A stretch of DNA of 64,000 nt from Mobula birostris (GCF_030028105.1 NC_092377.1:98276865-98340864), one strand, 5' to 3'; shown: positions 12,673 through 26,700, counted from the stretch's first letter. Made by a program: numbers and translations. The notes: generated from the sequence alone by a model not told the origin.

Positions 12673-14789
12673 GTGCCTGTTATCACCATATGCCAGTAAA
12701 TGCAGTGGTTAACTACTGGACATTTACATTAGTCAGCATCTGTACCGAAAAGTGACCTGTTTTTATTAATACCAGCACAGGAGTGGGTCCACTTCAAATG
12801 GATCACATTGGCTATTACATACGTTAGAATGCCCAGAAGTTATGAAAGATGTTAGAGTTATTCATTTTATTTATTCCTGTTTCTCCTCTTCCAAAATGTT
12901 GCTTTCATTATGTGATACGTGATGTGATGTCTACTTCTGTCTTTCCCCATCTCTAAATCTCCCAGATGCCAAATATGTGCTGCATGCAACACATTGCTAC
13001 AAATCTTGAGATTCTCCCAGTACTAAAAAAAATTCCAGGCCTACCTAAGTGTGTGAAGGAGCATATTCAATATTACGCTGACTTGTTTGATGATACAGTA
13101 CCACAAGCTTTCATCAAGCACTCCTGCGTTCTTTGCATTATTGGGTTCCTCGTGGTTGCTGTGATTCATCATGGGTATTGGGTTCCTCTGCCTGCTATGA
13201 GCTTAAGTTTGCTTCCTTGAAGCAAAAGAGCTGAAAAGTTGGAGTGCTGCAGTCAAAAAAGTATCACGATAAATCACAAGGCATCTGCAGGGAACCTCCA
13301 CAAATCTCCCCTTGTAGCAGCAGTTTCTGCACTGTGTCTGTGAAGAATTAGTCTTCAGGATTGATGAGAACCCCCTTGTCAATAGGGATACCAGGTAGGT
13401 GCTAATAATACCATTCTTTGCTAATTCAACCAAAGAGGTGAAATCCACCAGCCACTCATCCTGGCTAATAAGGTGTAGGTTCACCACCAAGTGCTTTACC
13501 CAATGAATTCTCACTCTGCACACCAGATGGAACCAGGACGAAGATGCTGAGGACAAGGAAGCCTTTAGAGCACAGACAATATTTGCCACCAGGTCCAGCT
13601 TTCTTCATGAAAGCTGGAGAACTCCATAATCACTTGCCAATTCAATTTGAGGCAACCTATATAAGCCCAAGAATTCAGCCTCACATGGTTAGTGCCTCCT
13701 TCATTCCTTTGTTGCTACCCTTTCTGCTGTTCTCCACACAGCTCTTCTTTCAGATGTTTCCTGAATTTATGTTGTGCACTCTTAGGTTATGCTCACATAA
13801 CATGACAACATTTTCATGGATGTTTACAATTTTCCTTCAGCTACGTCCCCTCAATTGCATTGATTACACTCCTCCATTCTGATTTTATTTACTTAAGGGT
13901 TCTAAATATTTGAATAAAAACCTTATCAAAATAAGTATCTTCTGCCAAACCTTTGATGTGCAAACCTGAGGCACATGCTGTAATAACTGGCTTTTGTTCA
14001 GGTCGTGCAAACAAAACTTCAAATATCCACAGGATCTGTGGCACATCCTTCACTTCCTCTCACTGTCAAGAGTGCCAAGCACTGGGGACTCCATCCTGGA
14101 GATGTTAAATTCAAAGGTCAAGAAATTCAATTTAACAGACCTAATTAATGTCTCATAAGGACATTAATTGCTGTGATAAGTATCTACGTGCCTGTGCTAA
14201 TTAAGGTCCCAAATGTAGGAAGAAGACTACTCACAGCATCCAAATGCACCTCTGTCTTAATTTGGAAGCAGACACATTTAAGCTAATCCAAAAGTTATTT
14301 ATTTTAACCATGTACCTGCACCCAATTCACCCGTTCTCAGAAGTCAAAGTTTTCTCTATCATTCCTGATTCTGCAAGGCTTTTGTTACTTGAGTGTTACA
14401 GACTATAATATGTCATCCAACATGCTGTGGAAATTCAGTCACATTTGAATTTCTGCCTCCTGCTAGCTAGATGATCACCAGTGACATTAATGATAGTCAT
14501 GGTGAGGTTTCCAACTGTTACTCTGTCTCTCTTTTAGTTGGTAATGTATGAACAGTGGCAGTCTATCTGCAGGGGAAAAACACAGATTAAAAATTGGCTA
14601 TTTTTTTTTATAATTTCAACTCGTTTCAATAAATGAAATAAACTCTGCTGCAATGCTAGATACAGATGGCTATTGCATTAATCCTTTTGACTGGATATGC
14701 AGATTGTTTAGATGAGAACTTTAACTGGAAAATGAATAGAAATATAGGCAAAGAGTCCAAGTCATTTGTCAAGTAGCAAGCATCAGTTC

Positions 14790-14945
14790 TGGATTAATCC
14801 CATCTTGCAGACTGAGATATTTGTTCTCCCAGTGAAACATGAAAGACCCTGTGACAATGTATAAATAAGAACAGGGCTGTTTTTGCCAGTATCTTGGCCA
14901 ATAAATATCCCTTATCCAGAGTGACTCATAGAGATACTCCAGTTA
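14790..14945 (+). mobile_element. Ancient Deu-SINE (SacSINE1/AmnSINE-like) core fragment
   Basis: 'gaaagaccctgtgacaatgta...aagaacagggc...tcttggccaataaatatccct' resembles the Deu domain. Confidence 0.5.
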
Positions 14946-14986
14946 CCGTCTCTCGTTCGTTTGGTTGTTCGTTTATTTATTTAGAG

Positions 14987-15066
14987 CAGGGGATCCCAAC
15001 CTATTTTATGGAATGGACTCTTACCATTAACCGAGGTGGTCCGTGGACCCCAGATTGAGAACCCTA
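14987..15066. mobile_element. hAT (Charlie-type) MITE, 80 bp
   Basis: TIRs caggggatcccaacct / agattgagaaccct. 8 bp TSD atttagag (14979-14986) / atctagag (15067-15074). Confidence 0.8.
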
Positions 15067-15320
15067 ATCTAGAGATACAGCATGGAACAGGCCAATCCAG
15101 CCAAGTGAGCCACGTCGCTCAGCAAACCATCTCTTTGACTCTAGCCTAATCACAAGACATTTTTGTAATGATCAATTACCCTACTAAATGGTATGTCTTT
15201 GGACTGTGGGTGAAAACCCACACTTTCATGGGGAGAATGTCTTTGCATATGGCTCCTGAATTGAACTCTGAACTCCAAAGCCCCAAGCTGTAATAATGTC
15301 ATGCTAACCGCTGCACTATC
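15067..15320 (-). mobile_element. V-SINE with CR1-type tail (tail interrupted by the hAT MITE)
   Basis: 'gtctttggactgtgggtgaaaaccc' and head 'atgctaaccgctgcacta'. Confidence 0.75.
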
Positions 15321-16489
15321 TGTTCTAGATTCAATTAGGAGACTCTCGTTATCCCATCATGTTGAGTAGTGAGCTACAGAACTTTAGAAGTGTGGTTTTC
15401 TGCCTCATGTATTGTTGTGTTTGTAATATTTGTTTGTAGGTCCAAGTTGATTAAAGAATTGATATTGATCTAAATCATCTATGAATTTTCTTTAAAGTCA
15501 TTGTGTCGTCAAAAGGGCAAAAAATGAAAGTAGAGAATTGTATAATTTTAACATAGATTTCAGCTCCTTTCAGAAGATTAATGGTGTAGTCGCGACAGTC
15601 AGCTGAAGACTAATGTAATGGAAAATTAATAATCATAAGAGATTCTAGCATACTCTAAAAATCTAAAATCAAATGTTAATAATGATTAATTATATGGATT
15701 AAATATAAAATATAAATTAAATGTTACAAAAAGTATTTACTCTAAATCAGCAGCTCTTTGAACACATGCTTGATAGTTAGGGTATGCTTTTATCTCCAGG
15801 CTCCACACTTGGCAGAGAACAGATCTGGAGAAATGTGTTCAATATTTAGTTACTCCAAGAGAATCATTTTCTCTCAAAATACCTTACAACCAATTTCCAA
15901 CAGGGAAATAAATCTTAATGATCCTGTGAAGTATTCCCCTCAATCTAATTACACAATCACGAGTTGACTTTAATAGCTGTCTTTCTGTGCACTGGAGAAC
16001 AGTTAGCAAGACAATTTGATTTGCTTTCTTGTTACAAAATAGATTTTCATTTATGCTTGTTTTAGCAGTTTTCAGATGATTTTTTTCCCCATGTAAAATA
16101 AACAGTATTTCTGTGGCAATCATCACCATTTAAAGATGCATTATTCAACTGAGCTGGGCTTACTACATTTAAACATAAAACATGAAATCAAAATTATGCC
16201 CTTCCTAATGCAGATGATTCTTTCCACAAAGTTATTTGTTTCAACAAAGTTAATGGGATTTTTATTCTGACTGTGTAATGTTTACCAATCACAAGTGTTT
16301 GGCTGAAAATTGCAGAATTTATCAAGTCCTTATCTGTGATGGTGCAATTGCAAGACAAAGCTGCAGATGGTATTACAGAAGGTACATTTATTTTCTTGGG
16401 GGGATATTTTCCTCCATTCTGTGTAACCTCTGCATTCATCTTGGCAACAGTGCACTGGAGTGGAATAGTTTTGCTTCCCTCCAGTTAAC

Positions 16490-16862
16490 CGTGGCTCAGA
16501 ATCAGGAAATAGTGATCATATTCTTCCCTCTAAGACAGACAGAACCACTACAAGGACTTGTGTTCATTCCTAAGCTGACATTGTATCACTATTTCAGATA
16601 AGATGTTAAAGAATGGTTCCATCTGCCCTCTCAGATGATGTATCCCAGATGATGTAATCTTAGAAAAGCCTGATACATTCTCCTCAGGGTCCTACTGGTA
16701 TTTATCCCTCAGCTTACACAAGTAAAACTCATCATCTTATGATCGTTGCATTAATGTCAGTGGGAATGTGCATGCAAATCAGATGCCACATTCCCTGCAG
16801 TATAACTGTAGCTACATTTCAAAAATGGCTAGAAGTTATATATTTCTATACAAATGCATATC
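16490..16862 (+). mobile_element. Ancient Deu-SINE (SacSINE1/AmnSINE-like)
   Basis: 'tttcagataagatgttaaag...atctgccctctcagatg...tatttatccctcagc...gtgcatgcaaat...ctatacaaatgca' follows the Deu domain and an L2-like tail in the expected order. Confidence 0.65.
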
Positions 16863-17664
16863 TCTATTCTTCCATGTTCAGTTTTAGCACTGGGTTGTCC
16901 AGGTCAGGTAAGTAAATTAAAGCCCTGTGCTCATCTAATAATGGAACAACCTCTGTGTCAAAGGACCACCATCAAGTGCATTTTCATGTGACACACCAAT
17001 CGATGTTATGGATTTTGAATGAAATGGAGATTATACCATTAAACATTGATAAGCTTCTTTTGAACTCGTGCATCAAAGCTAGCTTGAGATCTTGAGAACA
17101 AAAGATAAAATACTTTTCAGTGCTCTAATGTACTAGACTATTGAGTCCTTCAAGAAATAATTTTAGAAATGAACTTGGTATTATAAGACTTCATCAATGG
17201 CTGGAATAAATGTCCAAACAAAAAGAATTGTGGTCGTATTTGCATATTAACTACCAAAAGTGTACTGCATACCAAATTGATAAATATGAAAAGAGATATC
17301 TGGATGTAAATTTCTTTGCATTTTCATCTACTTTTCATCTTCTTTGTATTTTCATCTGTTTGTGGAATGTGGGTGTCATTGGCAATCCATTCCAATTTGC
17401 CTTTGAGAGTAACGTGTTGAGTTATCTTTGTGAATCTTTTCAGTTCTACTGATGATACTCGGTCAGTGCTGAAAAGTGGGGAACTCCAGGACTTTGACCA
17501 GTGTTGATTAAAGAGCAGCATATATTTCCAAATCAGGCTGGTGCATGAATTGGAGGGGAACTGCTCTAGTATCAAGCTGGTAGTCATGTGAATGGTAAGT
17601 GTCAAAGAAGTTTGAGTGAGTTGTTGCAATGCTAATAGTGAATAAAGTAAAGATGATGAAGTTC

Positions 17665-19325
17665 ATAGTTCAAAATTTAAAGTCAATTTATTATCAAAAA
17701 AAGTACATAAATGTCATAATAAATGTCACCCTGAGATTAATTTTCTTGCGGGCAATCACAGTAAATACAAGAAACACAATGAAAGACAACAATCATTGCC
17801 CAAAAAAGCAAAAAACTTTGTAAATAAAAAAAGTGAAAAAATAGAAATAATAATCATGATAAAAATAAATAAGCAATAAACATTGAGAACATGAGGTGAA
17901 GGAAAAGTCCTTGAAAGTGAGTCCAGTTCAGTGGGAACAGTTCAGTAATGAGACAAGTGAGGTTGAGTGAAGCCTGATGGTTGAGGGGTAACAACAATTC
18001 CTGAACCTGGTGGTGAGGGTCCTGAGACTCTTCATCCTGATGGATGGCAGCAGCAAGAAGAGAGCTTGGCTGGGATAGTGGGGTCCTTGATGCTGGCTGC
18101 TGCTTTCCTGCAACAGCACTCTGTGTAGATATGCTCAATGGTGGGAAGGGTTTTACCCGTGATGGACTGGGCTGTATCCATTACTTTTTGTAAGCTTTTT
18201 TCATACAAGTGTATTGGTGTTTCCATTCCTGGTTGTAATCCACCACACATCCGTAGAAGTCGGTCGAATTTTTGGACGACGTATCGAATCTTTGCAAACT
18301 TCCAAGAAAGCAGAGGCAGTGCTGTGCTTTCTTTGTAAAGGCACTTGCATTCTGAAATGATTACACCATGGAATTTAAAGTTGCTGACCCTCTCTGCCTC
18401 TGATCCCCTGAAGAGGACTGGCTCATGGATCTGTGGTTACCTCCTGTTGAAGTCAATAGTCATCTCCTTAGTCTTACTGACATTGAGTGAGAGTTTGTTG
18501 TTGTGGCACCACTCAGCCAGATTTTCAGTCTCCCTCCTATATGCTGATTCGGCACCATACATCAATTGGCCAATTATAGTGGCGTCGTCGGCAAACGTAA
18601 ATAAGGCATTGGAGCTGTGCATAGCCTGGCAGTCATAAGTGTAAAGCAAGTAGAGCAGGGGGCTAAGCAAGCTAGGATAGATCGTGGAGGAGATGTTGTT
18701 GCCAATCCAAGCTGATTGGGATCTGCAAGCGAGAAAATCGAGGATCCAGGTGCACAAGGAGGTATTGAGACCTAGGACTTGAAACTTATTGGTTAGTTTT
18801 GAGTTTGATAGTATCGAATGCTGAGCTATAGCCAATGAACAGCATCCTGATGTGTGTATCTTCACTGTTCAGATCTTCCAGGATTAAGTGAAGAGTCAAT
18901 GAAATAGCATCTGCTATTAGCCTGTTGTGATGGTAGGCAAATTGGAGTGGATCCAAGTCGCTTCTCAGACAGGATTTGATATTTTTCATCACCAACCTCT
19001 CAAATCACCTCATCACAGTGATGTAAGTGCTACTGGATGATCGCCATTAAGGCAGGTTACCATGTTTTTCTTAGGCATTGATGTAATTGAAGTTTGTTTG
19101 AAGCATGTGAGTACCTCAGAGTCAAAAGTTATCTGTGAATACTCCTGACAGTCGACCAACACAGGTCTTTAATACCCGGCCAGGTACCCTGTCTGGGCTG
19201 GATGCTTTTTGTGGGTTTGCCCTCCTGAAGGATGCTGTCATGTTGGCCTAAGGGATTAAAATCAGAGAGTTAGCAGGGGCTATGGGAATTGTAAAGGTAC
19301 CTTTATGTTTTGATGGTCAAGGTGA
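17665..19325 (-). mobile_element. Rex1/Babar LINE, degraded RT to 3' end
   Basis: ORFs [41 protein letters not shown] and [10 protein letters not shown]. Confidence 0.92.
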
Positions 19326-20006
19326 TGGGAAACCATTCAAATTGGATATTTTATCCTCGATTGTGTTGGGCTTTTTGAATCTTATTGAAGCTGTGCCCAC
19401 CCAGTTAAGTAGAATGTGTTCCAAGTTATGCTCGTGGCATGTTTTCTCAAAATTTTCCAAACTGTTGGTCTAAACATGTTATATCTCCCATTCTGAAGCA
19501 TACAGGTAATCAAAAGAAGATACAGGAGCTCCTTACTTCAGGAGTCCTCTTGCTGTTTGTTTGAAGAGAACAACAAGCAGAGGATGTATGATGATTTTCC
19601 TGAATAACAGCATTTCCCAAACCACAAGCAACAACTGATTGTACCTGCATTGCATTGAGCACATCCACTGAATTGCATTGAAATGGTTTTTGGAGAGTTC
19701 AGAGATGAGTAATATGTTGCTGAACACTTGATATCTGATGTGCTATAGTAATTACATGGCAGTTCCAGATATGATGACCCCTTAGGCTTTGGAAGAGTTG
19801 ATGAAGTTGATGGAATTTAATATTATGAGCAGGATATTAAATTTTCTCATTAGAAATAGTTAATTTTGCGAGATGAATATTATCTATTCATTTCTGAATA
19901 CAATCTAGATCTTATACTGCATGATGGCACAAATTCCATGAGATAAAATTAAGATGGCTGATCACTAATGTCATAATGTTATCAGTCAATCAAAACCACT
20001 TGACGA

Positions 20007-20231
20007 TTCACCAGCAACTTTTATGTGTGTTGCTTGAATTTCCAGCATCTGCAGAATTCCTGTTGTTTGCGTTTAAATTCACTACTGCGTTCACCAGCAA
20101 CTTTTATGTGTGTTGCTTGAATTTCCAGCATCTGCAGAATTCCTGTTGTTTGCATTTAAATTCACTACTGCGTTCACCAGCAAATTTTATGTGTGTTGCT
20201 TGAATTTCCAGCATCTGCAGAATTCCTGTTG
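20007..20231 (+). repeat. Tandem array, 2.7 x 83 bp, of a Penelope pLTR terminal segment
   Basis: Units start at 20007, 20090 and 20173 ('ttcaccagcaacttttatgtgtgttgcttgaatttccagcatctgcagaattcc'). Flanked by ttgacga on both sides. Confidence 0.9.
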
Positions 20232-21845
20232 TTGACGAGAAATGTGCTCCTTTCATCTTCCTCCTTGCCCCCTTACAGCAGATTCCTCTCTTTGCGGCTT
20301 TGAACGCGTATGATCAGTCAGCTATTGAGAAGATATTTCTCCTTGCTTTTGAACCATTCTTCGGTGCAAAAGAGAGGCTACAGTTGACTCCCCTCTGGGG
20401 ATTGACCATCAGTCTGTGCTTGTGATAGTCTGCCCTTTAAGAGAGGTGGAAGCCCTTTCGGTTTTAGAACTTCTCCAGATTCTGGTGTGCAGTGCTCAGT
20501 GTGATGTAGCCACAGTCAATTGTTCCTTGGACTTTGGAAAACATTACTGTTTTGGAACATCCTCATTCTCACTCTGCCTGATGTTCTCTCCAAAGAAATG
20601 GCAATAGATCTCCATCAGTGAAGAATCTCTTTATCCATCTCTGTTCTGCAGAGTGAGACATGTGATATTTTTTTGACTACCATCATGGCATAGAGATTCA
20701 ACATTAGTGTTACATTCGGCATCACTGGGAGGGCATTCTGCTGAATGCTAGCAGGATTTTCTCCAGCATGAGTTCTTGGAAACCTACTTGCAGAAGAGAA
20801 GTCCCTCGAAGTATTGCTATACAATCACCGTATTGTAGGGTAACTAGATGCAGAAGTCTCTGGTAGAGTAAGTTGCTCTTTCTTTGCTGCCTTCTCCAAC
20901 CTTTACTGAATGGGTGCCTTTCTCTCCTGGGCCTGTGCCTTAATATCAAGCTCTAGGCCCAGAAGTGCAGCCACCAAAGCCTTCTTAATGCTATGAAGCT
21001 GCTGTAAATGTAGATAACTCTATCTCAAGCTTTGGTGTGTTGTCATATCTTAGAAAAGCCACTAACTTTGAACAATTAGAAACTATCGTCTGCTCAACTG
21101 ACTGCCATTCAATTTAGTCACCAAACAAACAGTAAATCTTGAGGACCTTTTAAAATAGCAGTCTGGGAGTTTACCTTCCAGTTAAACACTGTGTTCCCCA
21201 TTCATAATTAACACAAGACATGAACAAGATCACCACGATCCAGTGTGGTAGAGCTGGCATCGATCTGTAGTGCTCAGAGAGTTATCTGCTCTGCATATTT
21301 TCTGCATGTGTATATTGAACACACTAACCAATTCCCAAAGCAACGTAAATTGACTAAAAATATGCACTCGTGATTTGTGGCTGAAATAGGAAGCAAATCA
21401 GCAGCTGGAGCACTGAGAAACCCAATTATATGCCGCACAATTTTGTGGCTGTGGTCTCTGAATATACCAGGGTGAGAATTGGTTCAAAGTCATTAGAGAA
21501 AATAATTTTATGATCCTTTGTGTAAGAGTTGTGAATAATAATTGAAATTTTCACCTTACTTACTTATTTTGTGAAATTGTCAAAGCTTGCATATTACCTG
21601 GTTCTCAGAGGCGTATAATTTTCCATTGAAGTTCACAATGGCATAATAAATTACTTTACAGTGGTTCTTTGACCATAAGACTCTTAATATGATCATGCCT
21701 TTTAAATGTAAATGGTGTGATGTCATTAGACCTTTATTAAAGGGAACAGTTTGTATAATTTAAATGTAGGCTGCCGCTCCCCCCTCCTTTTGAAGACATT
21801 CCAGAACTTCTACTTACATGCAATAACACGTTTCTGTCACAATCT

Positions 21846-24800
21846 TAAGACCATAAGATATAGGAGCAGAAGTAGGCTATTTGGCCCATTGAGTCTGCTC
21901 GTCCATTCAATCATAGGCTGATCCAATTCTTCCAGTCATTTCCCACCCCACTGCCTTCTCCCCATACCCTTTGATGCCCTGGCTAATCAAGAACTTATCT
22001 GTCTCTGCCTTAAATGCACCCATTGGCTTGGCCTCCACAGCCGCTCATGGCGACACATTCCACAGATTTTCCACCCTCTGACTAAAGTAATTTCTCTGCA
22101 TCTCTGTTCTAAATGAACATCCTTCAATCCTGAATTTGTGCTCTCTTGTCCTAGACTCCCCTACCATGGGAAATAACTTTGCCATATCTAATCTGTTCAG
22201 GCCTTTTAACATTTGGAATGTTTCTATGAGATCCCCCCTCATTCTCCTGAACCCCAGAGAATACAGCCCAAGAGCTGCCAAACATTCCTCATATGGTAAC
22301 CCTTTCATTCCTGGAATCATTCTCATGAATCTTCTCTGAACCCTCTCCAATGTCAGTATATCCTTTCTAAAATAAGAAGCCCAAAGCTGCACACAATACT
22401 TAAGTGTGGTCTCGTGAGCGCCTTATAGAGCCTCAACATCACATCCCTGCTCTTATATTCTATACCTCTAGAAACGAATGCCAACATTGCATTCACCTTC
22501 TTCACCACCGATTCAGCCTGGAGGTTAACCTTTAGGGTTTGATGCACAAGGACTCCCAAATCTCTTTGCATCTCTGCATTTTGGATTCTCTCCCCATCTA
22601 AATAATAGTCTGCCTGTTTATTCCTTACACAAAAGCGCATGACCATATACTTTGCAACATTTTATTTCATTTGCCATTTCTTTGCCCATTCCTCTAAACT
22701 ATCTAAGTCTCTCTGCAGGCTCTCTGTTTCCTCAACACTACCCTATCCTCCACCTATCTTTGTAACATCAGCAAATTTAGCCACAAATCCATTAATCCCA
22801 TAGTCCAAATCAATGACCTACATTGCAAAAAGTAGCAGTCCCAACACCAACCCCTGTGGAACTCCACTGGTAACCGGCAGCCAGTCAGAATAGGATCCCT
22901 TTATTCCCACTCTCTTTTCTGCCAATCAGCCAATGCTCCACCCATGCTAGTAACTCCCCTGTAATTCCATGGGCTCTTATCTTGTTAAGCAGCCTCATAT
23001 GCAGCACCTTGTCAAAGGCCTTCTGAAAATCCAAGTACTGCATATCTGCATCTCCTTTGTAATTTCCTCAAAAAAATTGCAGTAGGTTAGTCAGGCAGGA
23101 TTTTCCTTTCAGGAAACCTTGCTGACTTTGGCCTATCTTGTCATGTGCCTCCAGGTATTCTGTAATCTCATCCCTAACAATCCATTCCAACAACTTCCCA
23201 ATCACTGATGTCAGGCTAACAGGTCTATAGTTTCCTTTCTGCTGCCTCACACCCTTCTTAGATAGCACAGTAACATTTGCAATTTTCCAGTCATCTGGTG
23301 CAATGCCAGAATCTATTGCTTCTTGAAAGGTCATTGTTAATGTCTCCACAATCTCTCCGAAGCTCTCTGAAGCTACTTCCTTCAGAACCAGAGGGTGAAT
23401 TTCATCAGGTCCAGGAGATTTATCCACCCTCAGACCATTAATCTTCCTGAGCACCTTCTCGGTCGTAATTTTCACTGCACATTCTTCACTTCCCTGACAC
23501 TCTTGAATGTCCGGTATACTGCAGATGTCTTCCATTGTGAAGACTGATGCAAAATACGCATTCAGTTCCTCTGCCATCTCTGCGTCTCTCATTACAATAC
23601 CTTCAGCGTCATTTTCTATTGGTTCTATATCTACCCTCAACTCCCTTTTACCCTTTATATACTTAAGCTTTTTGTATCTTCTTTGATATTAGTTGCCAGC
23701 CTCCTTTCGTAATTCATCTTTTCCTTCCTAATGACCTTTAGTTTCCTTTTGCAAGTTTTTAAAAGCTTCCTGATCCTCTATCTTCTCACTAGCTTTGGTT
23801 TCCTTGTATGCCTTCTCTTTTGCTTTTACTTTGGCTCTAACTTCACCTGTCAGCCACGGTAGTGTCTTTCTTCCATTCAAAAATTTCTTCTTATTTGGAA
23901 TATATCTGTCTTGCACTTCCTTCATTTTTCACAGAAACTCCAACCATTGCTGCTCTGCTGTCCTTCCTGCTAGAGTCCCTTTCCAGTCAACCTTGGCCAG
24001 TTCCCCTCTCATGCCATTGTAATTTCCTTTATTCCAATGAAATACCGACACATTGGACTTTAGTTTCTCCTTCTCAAATTTCAAAGTAAACTCGATCATA
24101 TTGTGATCACTGTTCCCTAAGGGTTCCTTAACCTTAAGCTCTCTTATCACCTCCGGATCATTGTACAACACTCAATCCAGCACAGCCAACCCCCTGGTGG
24201 GCTCAACAACAAGCTGTTATAAAAAGCCTTCCCTTAGATATTCTACAAATCCTCTCTCTTGAGGTCCAGTACTGGCCTGGTTTTCCCATTCCACTTTCAT
24301 GTTAAAATTCCCAACGATTACCATGACATTGCCCTTCTGACACGCCTTTTCTTTCTCCTGCTGTAATTTGTAATCCTCATCCTGCTCATATACAACTGCC
24401 ACTAGGGTCCTTTTACCCTTTCCATTTCTTAACTCAACCCGTAGAAACTCTACACGTTCTGATCCTATGTCATTCCTTTCTAATGATTTAATATTATTTC
24501 TTTTACATAGGGCCACACCACCCCCTCTGCCTATTAACTTATCTTTCCGATAGACTGTGTATCCTTGGACATTCAACTCCCAATGGCAGCCATCCTTTAG
24601 CCAAGTTTCAGAGATGGCCACAGCATCATACTTGCCAATCTGTAGCTGAATTTCAAGATCATCCATTTTATTTCTTATGCTGTGTGCATTCAAATACAAC
24701 ACTTTCAGTCCAGTATTTGTTGCTTTCTGTTTTAACTGCACCACACCTCTATTGCCTGTAACTCATCCCACTGGCTGTGATTATGTCTCATCTCCTGCCG

Positions 24801-25397
24801 GTCCTTTCTATCATCTCTGCTGTATGCTATCTTTGATTTATTTCTGTTTCGCCCTTCCTCAGCCCTATCACTCTGGTTCCCATTGCCCTGCCAAATTAGT
24901 TTAAACCCTTCCTAATGGCTCTAATAAACCTGCCTGCTAAGATATTGGACCACTTTGGGTTCAGGTGTAACCCGTCCTTTTTGTACAGGTCATATGTGCC
25001 CCCAGAAGATGCCCCAATGATCCAGGAACCAGAAGCCCTGCCGCCTTCACCAGTCTCTCAGCCACGCATTAATATGTCTGATCTTGCTATTCTTGCACTT
25101 GTTAGTATGTGGCACAAGCAGCAATCCCGAGATTACTACCCTAGAAGTCCTACTTTTCAGCTCCCTACCCAACTCCCTGAATTCTCTCTTCAGAACCTCC
25201 TCCCTTTTTCTACCTATGTCATTGGTACTAACGTGTTCTGAGACTTATGGCTCTTCACCTTCAGAATACTCTGTACCAGATCTGAGACATCCCATACCCT
25301 GGCATCCGGGAGGCAACACACCATGCGGGTATCTCTATCAGGCTGACAGAACCTCCTGTCTGTTCCTCTCACTATGGAATCCCCTATGACTACTGCT
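21846..25397 (-). mobile_element. CR1 LINE: 3' part of ORF1 (SGNH esterase) and a nearly complete, degraded ORF2
   Basis: AVVIGDS and CCLPDARV (ORF1); LKVLYLNAHSIRNK, ISETWL and SDH (APE endonuclease); SPGPDE and NYRPVSL (RT); CR1 tail 'ctcctatatcttatggtctta'. Confidence 0.95.
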
Positions 25398-25409
25398 TGT
25401 GAATGTGAT

Positions 25410-26700
25410 ATGAGAAACGAGCAGAATTAGGCCATTTAGCCCATTGGGTTTGCTCTGCCACACGATCATCTCTGTAACCTGTGATGCCTTCATAATAAAG
25501 AACCTCTGCTTTAAATATACCCAACACCTTGCCCACCATAGCTGTCTGTGGCAAATTCCATCGATTCACTCACATCTGGCTAAAGAAATTCCTCCTCATC
25601 TCTGTTCTAAAGGGATGCCCTTCTATTCTGACACTGTGCCTTCTGTCCTAGACTCTCCCACTATTTGAAACATCCTCTCTACATCCTGTCTATTTAGCCT
25701 TTTCAAAATTAGATAGGTTTCAATGAGACCCCTTCCCTGCCCCCATGTCATTTTTCTAAACTCCAATGAGTACAGGCCCAGAGCTATCAAACACTCCATG
25801 TACATTAACCCTTTTATTCCTGGGATCAATTTCGTGACCTCCTCTGCACCTTCTCCAATAAAATCACATACTTTCTTAGATATGGAAACCAAAACTGCTC
25901 ACAATACTCCAAATGTAGTCTGATCAATGCATTCAATCCCTTCCTTGATATTCTAGTCCTCTCAAAATGAATGCTAACATTGTATTTGCCTTCCTTATCA
26001 GTGGCTCAAACCTGCAAGTTATCCTTTAGGAAATCTTGCACAAGGACTTCCAAGTCCCTTTGCACCTCTAATTTTTGAATTTGCTCCCCATTTAACAGAT
26101 AGTCTACACTCTTATTCCTTCTACCAAAGTGCTTGCTCATTCACTGTTTTCTACTTGCCACTTCTGTCCAAGTCCTTCTGCAAACTCCTTGCTTCGTCAA
26201 TTCTATCAACCCCTCTACTTATCTTTGTATCATCTGTAAATGGCTGCAAAACCATAAATTCTATCATCCAGATCATTTTTCATATAATGTGAAAAGTAGT
26301 GGACCCAACACCAACCCCTACAGAACCCTACTAGTAACCGGCGGCCAACTAGAAAGGCTCCATTTATTCCCACTTTTCCCTTCTGACAGTCAGACTATCT
26401 TATTATCTTTCTCGTAATACAATGGGCTCTTTTCTTGTTTAGCAGCTGCATGTGCAATGCCTTCTGAAAATCTAAGTATACAACATCTACTGACTCCCCT
26501 TTGTCTATCATGTCTGTTATTTCCTCAAAGAATTCCAGCATATTTGTCAGGCAAGATTCCCCCCTTAAGGAAGTCATGCTGACTTAGGCCTATTTTATTA
26601 TGTGCCAAGTACCCTGAAACCTCATTCTAAATAATGGAGTCTTAACATCTTTCCAACCACTGAAGTCAGGCCTTTGTCATCCTCCTGATTTAAAGAGTGG
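25410..26700 (-). mobile_element. Older degraded CR1 RT to 3' end
   Basis: SCLTNMLEFFEE...YLDFQKA, LGLYSLEFR and VGESRT. Confidence 0.85.

Noticed and set aside
14162-14190. 10 bp inverted repeat aattaatgtc/gacattaatt
   Set aside because: Short and AT-rich, compatible with chance.
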